From: Tubulanus polymorphus
Lineage: Eukaryota > Animalia > Nemertea
Assembly: GCF_964204645.1 (NCBI RefSeq)
Contig: NC_134028.1
Coordinates: forward strand, 10,478,001 to 10,542,000
Reading direction: 5' to 3'
Length of the DNA stretch: 64,000 nucleotides
Part shown: one piece after another, positions 1-14,400 of the stretch
Layout of the letters: every line of letters starts with the position of its first letter
Position numbering within the stretch: the first letter of the stretch is position 1
The notes under the pieces: model-generated
Told to the model about the DNA's origin: nothing
Databases searched by the model: none
What the model saw: only the letters and a program-made list of their open reading frames with translations
Made by a program: the position numbers and the translations under genes

Positions 1-870
1 AAGGGATGTTTTATACCTTTTATACCTGATTTTTGATCAGCCAATTATGACGCAATTAGTGGACATCTTGGTGTCATCTGTACTCATTGGTAGATGGGAA
101 AAGGTTTTTCCTCATTATATTAATACTTAAGCATATTGTGTTACTACAATCAATTGGAAAGTTGTAGCCCATCACGTGTTCTATGATTTTGGTGAGTTTC
201 AAGGTCATTGGTTTTTGTAGATGGCCACCAAGGGGCGTTTAATAATACAATAACTTAGTATTTCTATATTATATTTGTACCTATGCATATTTTGTTACCA
301 CAATCAATTGCAAAGTTGTAGCTATAACATCGTCTATGAATGTGGTGAGTTTTAAGGACATTAGTTATTCTATATGGTCACCAGGGGGTGTTGAATAGTA
401 GAATAACTTAGTATTTCCTTATTAGATTGGTACCTAGGCATATTTTGTTAACATGATCAATTGCAACGTTGTAGTTCATGACATGTTCTATAATTGTGGT
501 GAGTTTCAAGGTCATTGGGTTTTGCATAAGGTCACCAGGGGGCGTTGAATAGTGGAATAACTTAGTATTTCCATATTAAATTGGTAACGAGGCATATTTT
601 GTTCTCGTAATCGATTACAAAATCGTAGCTGCTGGCATGTTCTATGATTGTGGTGAGTTTCAAGGTCATTGGTTTTTGAATATGGTCACCAGGGGGTGTT
701 GAATATTGAAATAGTTAGATTGTTTAGCATTTGAAACCACTTCTTAAGTGGGCATGATATCCCTAGGCCCTAGTTGTATATGGTCACCAGGGGGCATTGA
801 ATATTGAAATTGTTAGAATGTTGAGCATTTGAAACCACTTCGGGGGCATGCTGTCCCTGGACCCCTAGTT
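1..870 (+). mobile_element. HINE-A (Helentron/DINE-1-like non-autonomous element), 3' part with ~154-bp tandem units and a duplicated 3' end
   Basis: Same sequence as the full copy at 28682-29945; CCAGGGGG core recurs at about 228, 381, 535 and 689; ends GTCCCTGGACCCCTAGTT. Confidence 0.75.
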
Positions 871-1004
871 TCAACTGTGTTTTGCCCTTGTCATCCCCTA
901 GCGTTGGTATAACCCCATCCGATTATAGAAGCTTTCCACCAACCCACCAACGATAAGGCAAATAACTAATGTAGAATTATTATCTGATACATGAAATAGA
1001 CATG

Positions 1005-2225
1005 AATACGCGTTATAGGCCTCACTTTGATTACGGGAAGTGTGTATCAGTTTTCACGTCTGTCAATTACAATGCAATGAAAATATGTCGCTTCAAATAT
1101 TCAGTAGGGGCCTTAGCATTTTCTCAGATTATACACACTCACCTTTTCCAAGATATGCCAATAACAACAATGTGTATAGATCATTTTCAAATAGCGATTG
1201 GTTCCGTCAAAAACATCTCATATATAAACCAGAGCCAAAAACAAATGAAGCGTCAGTCAATTTCGATCGTCGCGTCATCTTGGTTTAATCGTGTACTGTG
1301 GGGTTGTTGTCGCTACATGGCAGCACAATACGGCTTAATCAAACCTCTGCGGAGCCGTTACGTTTTTGTTTTTTAGCGTTGAATCTCAAAATAATTTTTT
1401 TTTTCGCGATGTTTTCTTTTTGTGTTTATTTTCTATTGACATTTATCTAGAATTTTCCATTTAACGCTATGCCTCTAAATGAAATTGAAACGAACATTCG
1501 TTTGATTTGCTGGAATTTCCTATTTTTTTGGGTATTGCCCGCTGCCCGGCCCGCTACGGTGATTTTCGATTTCATACAAAAAAAACCGCGACCACACGAA
1601 ATCTCAACTCTGTGATCGATCATTTCTCAAGGAAACTATTTATGAAAAAATGAAATCGCAAGATGTGTGAATATTATAGCGGAATGACAAAAGGCTTCGT
1701 TCGCGAGCTTATCGAGAAAATAGGGAAGCCATCATGTGTTTGGGCGGGTAGACGATCATTTTTGAAATGACAGGCTACATGTTGCATATCACAGTGTACC
1801 GGGAAGATGTTTCATATTAAACTTTCCGCCTAGGATCGCAAATTATTTCGGGATTCGACCCTAAACATCAAAATGTAAAAGCTCCACAGAGGTTCGATAA
1901 AGCCGTAATGTGCTGCCACGTAGCGGCACAACCCCACAGTACACGATTAAACCAAGATGACGCGAAGATCAAAATCGACTGACGCTTCTTTTGTTTTTGG
2001 CTCTGGTTTATATATGAGGTATGTTTGACGGAACCAATCACTATTTGAAAATTATCTATACACATTGTTTTATTGGCTTATCTTGGAAAAGGTGAGTGAG
2101 TGTGTAATCTTTGAGAAAGTGCTCACCGAATGTTTGAAGCGACAGATTTTCATTGCATTGTAATTGACAGACTTGAAAACTGATACACACTTCTGCTAAT
2201 GAAAGTGAGGCCTATTACGCGTATT
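1005..2225. mobile_element. Foldback/MITE-like element with ~390-bp diverged inverted arms
   Basis: 1005-~1400 is the reverse complement of ~1840-2225. ORFs 1002..1376(+) and 1868..2065(-) translate to near-identical peptides. Confidence 0.8.
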
Positions 2226-2365
2226 ACGGTAGTCAATCTTGGACAGTATTACCGACTGAGGTTTGGGCCTTTCAAATTGATGACTGAGATTTTTTGTGTA
2301 TGCCGCGGTCACCCCTGAAATGATAATTGTTGGCACAAAGCCTATTTGATTTTATAGATTTTAGA

Positions 2366-2478
2366 ATGTATGGGAAATACTGCAGTAACTATGCGATGGA
2401 CAAAGATTACCAGTCACTACCTCCTGATTTCCTGTCCAGTGATCACAGTGACTGTGAATCAATTGATTCGGATACAAG
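2366..2478 (+). CDS. ZCCHC7: ZCCHC7 coding exon 1 (MYGKYCSNYAMDKDY...SIDSDT)
   Basis: ATG at 2366 just after an acceptor-like TTTTAG, so an upstream UTR exon is likely. Donor AG/GTATTT at 2479, phase 2, matches the next exon. Confidence 0.7.
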
Positions 2479-5400
2479 GTATTTGAGAAATTTATAAGTT
2501 TTTTAAGATACAGTCATACTCGATTGAGTCATCGTTCATTATTATGATGATGACACCTTGTAAATTGAAATGGAAATACTAACCAGGACAACAAATGCAG
2601 ATGACTTAAGTACGACTTACGGTACAGTATGTGTTTGACTGTAAAAGCATATGAATTAAATGGAATTTCAATTGAATCTGCCTCTTTGGTATGGCCTTAA
2701 GGTTTGTGGATCTTTCAAACTGCATTGTACATTCAGGCCTAATGTTAAAGATTGATTAATGGAAATGTTTATTGATATGTCTCTGTTCAGGTATGAAATG
2801 GAAATTGCACTGTATAGTCAAATTCACCATGAAGTAAATGATTCCGGGAACGAAATGTTACACAACGTTACTGTAGAAACTGCAACTGAAAAAAACCATG
2901 AAATAATAGTTATACCGACTGCGCCTATTATATGTCAGGTAGACTAAGAGTGAATAACAGCTAGCCCCGCACAAGTTTGGGTTTCTGTGTATGTAAATAT
3001 TTATCTGTGTATATCTATTTAAGGAAGAAAATAAAAAACCAGGGAAGTCATGTGTGGAAATCCAGCCCGTCAAAAATAGGAAAATGAAGCGAAAAGAAAA
3101 AAACAAGAAAAAAGCTATGTCAGATTGTTTATCAGAATTCTTACATCGGGATTTAGATATTAAAGATAAAGTTGTGAAAAATTCAGGAATATGCAAAACA
3201 AAATCGAAAAAATTGAAAAAAGAACCAAAAAAAGTAGAAGGAAGACTGACAGAAAACTGTTTAGATAAATCATCTAATAGGCCAAAAAATACGACTAACG
3301 AAGTTATTCTTGTACATGATGATGCATCGAACAAGAACAAAAAAGACATGAAGAAACAACAGGAAAAAAGGACAAAAACTGAGGAATTATTTGGATTAGA
3401 CTCAAGTGATAATGAAAGTGAAGATGTAATTTGTTTAGATGACCAAGAAAATGACAATTTGGATATTCAGTTAAACAATATTGATGTAGGAACGAATATC
3501 GTGTTAGATTCTGCTCAGTTAGAAGGTTTAAACGAAGTTATTCAACGTAAGTTTTGATCATTAACTTACAAAAAATCTAGTGGATTGTATCAATGCATCT
3601 ACAGTCTCAGATATTTGATACTTGATGATTATGATTCTTTCAATTTCTGATCCTCGACTCTTTCAACTGTATTCAGCGCTTAGGCCAAGAGTAATTTATG
3701 AGTGAAAATGAATGGATTAACAATGCCCAAAATTTAATCAGATATTTATCACACAACACTTTCAAACCACAGTGGAACCCTGTACAACGAACTTCACGGG
3801 ACCGGAATATATGTTCGCTTTAACTGATAGTTTGTTTTATCCAGTATGAAATCAATCAAATTTTCTTACTTGGCCTATACCCGATGAATCATTGTATCCG
3901 AATTCGTTATTAAGAGGTTCCACTGTATAATGGTGAATATCAGAAAGTGAGTTTCTGGGCTGTAGATTCATTCCTGTGTTAATGATATTGGGTTTGGGTT
4001 GTTTTTTAGCCCTCTTGAAGTAAAGCCCCATAGAATTAATTGCATTAACTTTGTACCTGTTTGTTAGTTCGTTCGCAGAGGGTTTTTGCCCATTTCAGAT
4101 GTAGCTATAGCAGGTTGAATAATGTATCTACCGTAGATGCATCTGTAGCCCTAAAATTTAGCTTGATCTGAATCAAGACGTCCAAAAATATGGAAGGTTT
4201 CATGGGGGAAATTTAACAAGGGGTCCAGGGACAACATGCCTACTTGATAATCTGACACTTCAATATTCAATGTTCTGGGCATGATCAGAGTACGATTTAA
4301 CTAGTAATTTGAATAGTGATCGACATGAACGATGTAGGACTGCCGTAAAAAACGTATTTCCATGGATTTTTCACATGCTTGTCTTCGTTCTCAGAAGGTC
4401 AGTCCATAAAAGATTAGCAAGGACTTTAGGGGGGGTGCACGTGCCCCCTGCGTACCTTAAGGGCCTTTCAAAAACAGGGATGAGAATTTCCCGCGGATTT
4501 CAGTATTAAAAAATATCAATTTTCCAAATAGTCCAAAAATTATGTAAAAGTAAAGCGGGGGTTGATGATCTCACTCAATTGGTCCGGTGCGATCGGTAAT
4601 CAGGTGAACCGTAAGCGTTCATTGCCTGTAACCGTAAGCGTTCATTACTTATCGTCCCGTTTCAATGCATATTCATTGCAACACTGATTTAGTATCTGCT
4701 ACGATGAATGTGTATGTATTTTATCGATCGGACATGCACGCACGGCAGCAGTAGTAATGTATATAGGCCTACTTACTGTTGCCGCGCGTGTGTGGCGAAC
4801 GCCTTTAGATTTTATACACTACTGGGTGATGATTTTTAGTGAGCATTCATCGGCGCATTTTAACTGCAATAATTCAGGGCTTGACCCGTAATGCATGAGA
4901 TGAGATGCTGAATGTCATCGAATGAGGATGTGCCACATTGGAACTTGCCATTGCCTTAATCGTTCATGGGTTCTAGATCGCTCTAAGTGCTCGGAAAACG
5001 CTTTTAATTTCTAAATATTCTTGGGGGAGGACCCCCAAACCCCCCGAAATAGCTTCGCGCCTTACGCGCTCGCGATTGCTGACGGCGTCGCCGTCAACTG
5101 CTCCGCGTGTGTAACTCAAGAAAAAATACTGCAGATTTTATAGGTCGGCGTTCTCATCTCTGAAAAAAGACGGTAGTGCTCACCCATGCATGACTTATTT
5201 TTGCATTTCAACATCCCATCCTTGATATTGCATTGCATATTGCATTGAAACCTTTGCATATTTTGTAACCACAACTAATTGTTAAGTTGTAGCCAATTAA
5301 GCTCTGTAATTGCAACAAGGTTCCAAGTCATTTGTTTTTGTATACATCCATCAGGGGCATTGAATATTGAAATTTCCAGACTGTCAAGCATTCCACTACA

Positions 5401-8400
5401 ACTTCCAAGCAGGCATGGTGTGTCTGGACACTACATTTTAAGTATTTTTCAGCTGCTACAAATTGGAATATCATAGAATCTGATCGATATAATAGTCAGA
5501 TCATAAGTAGATCCAGATACTTTATTGAATGTATGAATTGCCGGAAAAAAGGACACTTATCAAAATATTGCCCTCTCCCGAAGGTAGGTATATGGCAATT
5601 GAACATTTTGTATGAAAAAATATGAACTGAGGTTCATGCTGCGCCTGTTGTAAGCGTACCGTACCCGTACACCCACATGTTGATGCCGACACCGTCCTCC
5701 ACTTCAAAAGTTATGAACAAAATATTAGAAATATTTGTGATCCGATTTACACCAAATTAACCCTTAAAGTAAGGTATTAAGTATCGGTTATTGTGCCGAA
5801 AATTCCAGATTGATACACGTCATAGTTTTTCAAGTAAGCGTATTTTTAGCTCTCAAGGAACGAGAAAGCTATTATGAGCTTGTCAGCATTGTGACGTGTA
5901 TGTTTACCACGAACCAAAGCATCATTTTTACAGTCATTGAATTAACGAAAGATTTGATTAATGGGGTTAAGTATGCTGCAAAAATGCGGCAACTTTGTGG
6001 TCAAGATTATTTCACATTATATTGGATGATTGGTGATAGAAGTTGATCACAATAATATCAAGATTTTTGAATAATATTTTATCAATAATTCGTTCGGATA
6101 AATTTATTTTACAAGGTGAATTGATATGCGGATGACTACATCACTTGGCCTGAACAGGCACCTTGTACCAAGGGTCGGTACCGTAGCGGTCTTAAATTCC
6201 TTGTTTTGTGCTGGGAAAGTCAGTGGGAGTCTTTACATTTGAAAAGATGGCAGACAATGGTCTGAAAGCCTTACATTTTTACAGTTAGGCCGAAATTATC
6301 GCTGAGATGTATGGCAGTGTGGCGTGCTTTAATTCATTTACTGCAGAGGTATTGCGTAGCAACAGTCGGTTTCTGGAGATTCCTCATTAACTCATTGCCT
6401 GCCAAAAACGTACTGGTACGTTCAATATCTCCCATCACTTGCCTGCCAAAACCGCACTGGTACGGTTGACTTGTTTCTTAACTTTTCTTAACTTAGTTTC
6501 TTAACTTGTTTCTTGACTTGTATCTCGATAGATGGTGAATTCATCGCACAACACCAGTTAGTCTATTGCCCTTTACTACTAAAATAAACCATCAGTCGTT
6601 CTATGCAGTGTGTTAGTGACGTCATCTATTAAAATGGGGGCTGAACACGCATAAATGGGCATAGTTTCTGCAAAATACCCCCTCTGCACTGGTGGTTGCT
6701 GCAGATTTAATCACTCTAAGAAGAAATGCTGCTTATTTTACATGAAAAAGCAAGACCAGATGAACAAAATAAAACAGATTTGATGAAGATATCTCTTCTA
6801 GTTTTTGTTTTATGAATCTCTAAAAAATATGGAAATCCTGGCAAATTTCAGCATTTCCTGAAAAATAGGCCTGGCAGGCATAGAGTTAACAGGGTTCCCT
6901 ATGCATCGCAACAACCAATCAGAGCTACGTGCATTGCTACAGAGTCCCGTCGATAGACTTTAGTAACACATTTTCCTTGCCAAACTTGTATTCTAAATCT
7001 ATATTGTATTCTAAAATTGATTTTTGGTGCACCAGTGCTTATTTTGGTGAATAAGACATGCGTATAAATAATCGGATGAATTTTAAGCAATACTTATTTG
7101 CATATAGAAAACACCGAACAGGTGAACTAATATTGTTTAAGATATAAGTAATCGCCATCTATCATCTGGACATGGCTTGTCTATAGCGTTCATGTCTTCG
7201 TATGGGCATGGCATTTCGTCATGACGCTGCGGCTGGGGCTGGGGCTGCGGCTGTCTTGATAGGCGCGACGGAACCGGTCTGGCTTTACTGCGGATTCTCG
7301 GCGCTCTGTCCTTGGATTCACAACACGCTGATGTAGCTGCAACGGTTCATTGTTTTGACTGTCAATGAATCTACTCGTATATTACAAATTGCATCCGTCT
7401 ATCGTTCACTGGTATTTTGAACTTCCACTTATCATCTCATCTATGCACTTCAGAAGGCTGTGGTAAAACCTCTTGGCCCATGGGCAAATTTTATTATTTT
7501 GAATGAAATAAAGTTATTAATCGATTTTCATTTAAGTTGTTATCAGTCCAATTATTATTAAAAAGTCTTTGAAAGTGATAGACATTGGTCATATAATCAG
7601 CCATATTTCACTTAAAGAGCATATGCCATCAAAATAGAATATTGTGTTACATTTATTTTCATATGTGATGTATTCACAAATATCAAATATGGAACTGGTT
7701 TGAATTTTAGTTCAGCCAATACTGAGAATTATGACTTTTAAATCTGCCATTTCAGCACGTGCTCACTGTTATTGTTTATCTTAGCAGGTGCGTGTTTCTG
7801 ACGTCATCTCTGACAAACGCTCGAGGCTTTCAGTCATTTCACTAGACATTTCATGCGATACTTTATCGTTTTGGGAGTGATTTGAATTAATACACTCTGA
7901 CCATTGTATAGTGTTGCTACCGTTGTATATGACATGATAATCGTATATCAGTGAGTAGCGCTGTAGGTCAGTGAATATGGTGTACAAATTGTGTTTATTT
8001 TATTGATTATACATAGGCTACGGGTAAGAGCGTGCACACGTGCTTGTGTTGATTGTCATAGTTAACATCATAAATAGCGCCACTCGTGGGTTGAATATGA
8101 ACTATACGCACGGAGTGAAGGATAAATAGATGACTATTCCGCTAACTGTTATGGCTAATTCGTGCTCCTTTTTGCAATAAGTAACATCTCAGGTTGTTAT
8201 ATGTATACTAAAGTTTCATCTGGTTAAGAAACGCGGAAAGTACAATCTTGATGGCATTTGCCCTTAAAACTTAAAGTAAAACAAATCGATCTGACGTATT
8301 TGTTCCTGCCTACCACTGTCCGAGGCATCATGTGTCACCGTAGTGCCCAGGGCAGTTAAAGCAGACAGATCTGCACAATTTAAAGAGTAGTAGAATGAAT

Positions 8401-11400
8401 AATGTAATATGTTTTCATCGATATTATAAAAAACTGTACCTCGAGAGCACAGGACCTTTGGTCCTCTAGCAATTATGTTGATTGACAGGCAGGCTCAGCT
8501 GCGCGCCTCATTTTATCGATGACAATTGCTATTTTGGAGAGGGACTGTTTGATGTGTTCGAGTTCGGAATCTAAGTATTGAGGGTGACATCTTGTAAGCT
8601 CTGAGGAAGAGATTCGCAGCTTCTCAAATTTTAATGTTCACATCACAAAACGAAAAGTAATGAAGGTATGGCAGTATACCGGAAACCTACTCATGCCGAT
8701 GCATGATGCGTCGGCATGAGTAGGTTTCCGGTATACTGAGAATCTTAAGTGAATTACAAGAACGAGGAAAAAGTACATCGAGGAAAAGAGTTTGTCCATC
8801 TTTCTGGTGTTCGACAGTAAACTTGAGAGTTGTAATATGAACCATTGAATTGAAAATATGAATCTGATGTACAAATTTTGATAAGTTCTATTATACAATT
8901 GACAGGTAATTCAAAGCTACTAGTGAAGTCGGGTAACTTTCTCAGAAAGTTTTTTTTCATAGAAAGTTTAAAGAGGGGGCTAGAGGTACATTGGTAAACA
9001 AAAACTTAGCATCAAATGATAGAAATCGAAGTCCTGTAGGGTTGACGGTTTTTAAGTCTGTCTAAAAGTTCAGAACTGTGTTTGAGATAACTATCAGAGA
9101 ATGAACCTAATAAAGGCGATATCTGTTTAGCGAGATATTTGGACAAACGATAAGAAGGAGGGTTGCATGAAGAATCAATAGCACGATTACTGACACTAAG
9201 GGCGTGTCATACAACGATTTATTGTGTGAAATGTGTTAAATGATTCATCGGATTTTGAAATCCAATGCATAATATCAAGATGTCTGACGAAAATGTGGGT
9301 TCAAAATGGGGAAATTAACTTCCGTGTTCGCCACATGGCTGATTGATTGATAGCATCCAATTTTTAGTGATAGTCTGTTATTAGCACGACTGGAATACTT
9401 GTTATATCGTCATTAATTGAAGTCATTTTATGTACGTTCGTAAAGCGATCTGTTTTTGAGCCTGGTTATCTGTATTACCGGTAGTTTGTTAACTGCTGCA
9501 CAGTGAGTAAGGCACGTGCGGTACTGTCGTGTTTGCAATATCGCCTTATACGCGTTCACTGTGTGTATTTATCAGTAATAGATAACGTGCGCTACGGTGT
9601 AGGTCGTGCATGCCGCGTACATCAATGATGCTTGAGTTATTACATTGTTGAGTCACATTAGCCCACTTAGCCTATGCCTGCCTACTAAAAACAATCCTAT
9701 CGTGAAACTATTAAAAACCATGTCAGTCAATAAACTTCATTTTGTTAGTAACCGGCACTGCCCTAAAGTTCTAAAGAAGCCCTAAAGGAGCTTCTGTCCT
9801 GATTGGTTTTACATGTATTGTTGTCCGTATGAAAAACCTCCGATGAGTCCAGCCTCTCAGCAAGTTTGTACTGGGTACCGTATTTTAACCAGTGACTCAT
9901 GCTTTCACTTAGTTTCAGTTGTTTCATGTCATTCTCGGGATGTGCTAAAATTATGCACATTTGTCGAGTCTAAAATTCATTCGAAGATTTCATTCTCGTT
10001 AAAAGTCAGTTTCATTAAAAGTTCACACTGACCAAAATCAAGTCCATTCTTGATAGATTCTTGTTTATTTTTCAAAGAAGAATTTTTGCATACCGATAGG
10101 CCTACACCATCACAGATTTTTACTTCACACAGTTTAGCGAGCCACTGGACAATTTGTCCTTTATTAATGATAGATAATGTTACATGAATATGTGATAATC
10201 CCTCTTGTGAAAGTTTAGCTGTAATGAATAAACGATAACTAAAATATTAGCAATTGAAAAGTTGAAATTTGAAGGAATTTTCGCAACGCGTAGTTCCTTT
10301 GATAAACATGATAGCGCTGATGATGACATAATAAGAGCTACATGATCAATTCAAGCCAGCATGAACTTCTAGCTTCCCATTGATATACATGGTATTCAAA
10401 GTTCTAGTTATGCCTGTTTATATTGTATGACCTGCTTTTTAGCCCACTTGGGACTTTAGTTCCAGCGGGCTATTGCGTTCACTTTTCTTCCGTCGTCTGT
10501 GTGTTCTTCCGTCCGTCTAGTCCAGTTATTTTGGAAAGCTTTGAAGACGCTTCAATGTCTTGATATTTGGGTTACACGTGCATCTACCCTAGACACATCT
10601 TCAGCCCAAAAACTGGCCCTATCAGAATCAAGATGGCCGACTGGCAGCCATTGTTGTTCGCCAAAATCAGCACTTTTTACACATTTTTTAACCTTTTTGA
10701 GGGAAATTTTGAAGACGCTTTGATCAATTACCTGGATCTTTCGTATGTATTTGTATCCCCCAAGGGCCCATCAGCATAAGAAAAGTTGGGTCGAACGGCC
10801 TCAAGATGACTGTCGTACGACGTTTTTTGTGCCCAAATATGTCAATTTTGGCCCGACTTCTGAGTCCTGTAGCTTTCTACTGATTTGCCATTTCTCATTG
10901 CAATTTATGATGGGTATTCTTTAGAAAAGACTGGATATTGATTGATTTGAATGGGATTTTTGGAAATAATGTTCCTTTGTCTGTGCTTTGTTAAGTAAAT
11001 TATGTTCTCACTTTCATCAGCTTTTTTGAGGGAAATGTCATGTAAGAATCTATTTTTTTTTTTTCAGAAGCAGAAACCATGTTTATATTGTGGTGAATCG
11101 AATCACATGTTTCGACAATGTCCCAATTCGTTGTGTTATAATTGTTATAAACCGGGACATGAAAAAGCTCTATGTCCCACGGAACGCTTTAACCCTAGAC
11201 GTAAATGTACTCGATGTCAAATGCCTGGACATAGTAAACACAGCTGTACTGACATTTGGAGACAGTACCATGTTACTGTAAGTAATGTACCATATATTTG
11301 TTCTCTCAGCCACCTAGTAATTGATGTCATGTAGGGACCAAAACCTGGGTTACCCCAAACCCATGAAGTTCTAACAGCTACATTTGTCCTTCGTGAAGAA

Positions 11401-14400
11401 GGCTTTTCGATCATCGCCCTAAGAAGGAACTCAGTCTGAGACTAAGTATTGAGGTTATAACATTTTATCACATCCTAGGTTTGAGTAAATGAATGACAGT
11501 AGTCAAATTTTACCAACTTTCTCTCTTGCATCATGTATCATGCAGTTAATACATGTATACATAATTCATTGTACTGGGGGAGGGTGTTAAGAGACCATAG
11601 GAATCCTGCAACCTCCTGTTGCAATCGAGGAGCCCACTTAGGCCATCCCAAAATAATGGTCTGTTTGCCGTAACCCAACTGACCCGACTTCAAAGGTACC
11701 GAGTGAAAACTTTTTTCAGGGATTCATTGATTGAATTATATTTTTGACAAAAAAATGTATGCAGCCCGCTTCAACTAGATAATATACACATGGCCTAGTT
11801 TGAGTTTTCAAGGAAACCGGCAGTCTTCCAATAAGTTGCCAATCATTCTGGTGACTATATTAAAGCTGGTTAATGTTATTACGTGCATATATTCGATGTA
11901 TTGTTTCATTTTGAACACAGAGATGACGCTCCGGACGAATTTTGAATTTTAAGATTACTCTTTAAAACATAGCTATGAGACAAATTTCTTGTGCACAACA
12001 CTGATTTGTGTTATTGTTTTCCATATAAAAAAGATGATAAATTTTTTTGCCCTGAAATTTTGTAAAAATAAATTTCTTCCTACCTACCAACTCATCCTGA
12101 AAACTTGAGTTGGTGGTACGGCAGGCAGAATTTGGGATGGCTTTATGGGAGGGGAGGAACCGCACGGTTCACTAGAAGTTACTCGGTTTTCAGCCTTCAA
12201 TTAAAAACTGAATAAAACTGACTAAGTAAATTATTAATGAAAACTATACCGATATCTGAATAGAAAAATGAATTTATTGTATATTTGGTAGATCTTGTAA
12301 TGGATTGGGGGAGCCTAAAGGTTCAGCTCAAAGATCATTGACAATGTAAAACCAGGGTTTCTGTGAGGCTTTTTTTTAGTCCACTTGGGACTTTAGTCCC
12401 AGCGGGCTATTGCGTTCATTTTTCGTCCGTCCCTAGACGGAATCCAGTTATTTTGGGAAGTTTTAAAGACGCTTCAATGTATTGTCTTGATATTTGGGTT
12501 ACACTTGTATCTACCCTAGACACATCTTCAGCCCAAAATCTGGCCCTGTCAGAATCAAGATGGCCGACTGGCAGCCATTGTTGTTCGCCAAAATCAACAC
12601 TTTTTACACATTTTTGAACTTTTTGCGCTTTGATCAATTACCTTGATCTTTCGGATGTATGAGAATCCCCCCAGGGCCCGTCAGCATAACAAAAATTGGG
12701 TCGATCGGACTCAAGATGACTGTCCTATGACCTTTTTATGCCCAAAAATGTCAAATTTGGCCCGAATTCTGAGTCCTGTAGCTCCCTACTGGTTTGCCAT
12801 TTCTCATTGCAATTTGTGATGGGTATTCTTTGAAAAGGGATGTTTTATACCTGAGACAGGTATTTTTGATCAGCCAATTATGACGCAATTGGCGGCCATC
12901 TTGGTGTCATCAGTACTCTATCGTAGGTGGGAAAAAGTTTTTCAACATAATATTGATACCTAAGCGTATTTTGTTACCACAATCAATTGCAAAGTTGTAG
13001 CTCATGACATCATCTATGATTGTGGCAACTTTTAAGGCCATTAGTTATTCTATATGGTCTCCAGGGGGCGTTGAATAGTAGAATAACTTAGTATTTCCAT
13101 ATTATATTGGCATATTTTGTCACCATGATCGATTACAAAGTTATAGTTCGTGACAGGTTCTATGATTGTGGTGAGTTTCAAGGTCATTGGGTTTTGAATA
13201 TGGTCACCAGGGGGCGTTGAATAGTAGAATAACTTAGTATTTCCATATCAAATTGGTAACGAAGCATATTTTGTTATCACAATCAATTACAAAATCGTAG
13301 CTGCTGACATGTTCTATGATTGTGGTGAGTTTCAAGGTCATTGGTTTTTGTATATGGTCACCAGGGGGCGTTAAATATTGAAATTGTTAGATTGTTGAGC
13401 ATTTGTAACCACTTCCCAAGTGAGCATGGTGTCCCTGGACCCCTACTTTTCTGTTGAACGGACATTTTGCCCAGCCAAAAGTGGTCCTATTTTTCCCTAA
13501 ATCCTGAAAATTCCCATTGGGGAATTTTTTTAATGAAATTGATTATTCGTTCTTTAAAGATATTATACAGTATGTAGTATTCTCATTATGTCTCCCTGTT
13601 GGGAGGAAACATTATTTTTCACTGTGGCCACTATCCCACATCTCATTAGCGCGATACATGCTGCTATTCTTGGATGAATTTTTAGGCCAGCCGTTGGCTG
13701 AGCCAATTACTATATAAATGGAGCGAATTTAAATGACATGGATGCCAGAGCAAATGCTCTTTGACTGTGCAACTGAGCAGATATTCATGCAAATCATTCA
13801 TTAGAGCATTATCCAATCTCCAGCCCCTATAAAGCTGAATTTTGAAAGAGGGCCTCGTTAAAATTTATATGAGCTTTTCCGCGAAAATCTGATCGCAAAA
13901 ATATCTGTTTTAAAAAGACAATCAGAAAGCAAGAATCCTCTATGATTGGCTCAGCCACAGAGATCAGCAGGTGTTCACGTGAACCTGCGGTATCGTCTAC
14001 CATTTTACTTCAGGTTTTAGAATGCAGAATGCATCATTTGCCATTTTATGAAAAAGTGACAGACTGGCTGTTATCAGCCATCAAATATGGCCACCAGGGC
14101 ATCCATCTTGAATTTCTTGTTAGCGCGATACAGTCTAGAATTCTTGATGGATTTTCATAAGATTTAGTAGGTTTGGATGCGTGCGATGTGTGCCCTTATT
14201 GAAAATGGCGGTAGTTGGTAATATGGCCACCAGGGCAGCCATCTTGAATTTCTTGTTAGCACGATACAGCCTACTATTCTGGATCGCGGTAGGTAAGTTG
14301 TCAGCCCCCCTTGAAAATAGTGGTCGTTGGCCATCAAATATGGCTGCCAGGGCGGCCATCAATAATTTCTCAGCATGATACATACAGCCTACAAGTCTTG

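Noticed and set aside
181-720. Regularly spaced repeats resembling a CRISPR array
   Set aside because: The whole ~154-bp unit repeats with no unique spacers; the context is eukaryotic with no cas genes; it is the HINE-A internal array.
1002-1376. 124-aa ORF with an apparent paralog at 1868..2065
   Set aside because: The similarity comes from the two arms of an inverted repeat; no recognisable domain.
2858-3457. 199-aa minus-strand ORF
   Set aside because: Antisense shadow of the Lys/Glu-rich ZCCHC7 exon 3 (Phe/Ser/Leu-rich mirror composition).
8598-8632. Hammerhead ribozyme next to the Penelope remnant (CTGAGGA...)
   Set aside because: The GAAA core is missing and stems I/III could not be built; an Infernal search would be needed.
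9763-10031. Possible BED-finger/hAT fragment (AHPE...KQLKLSES)
   Set aside because: Too degenerate; the Cys ligands and transposase motifs are not recoverable by eye.
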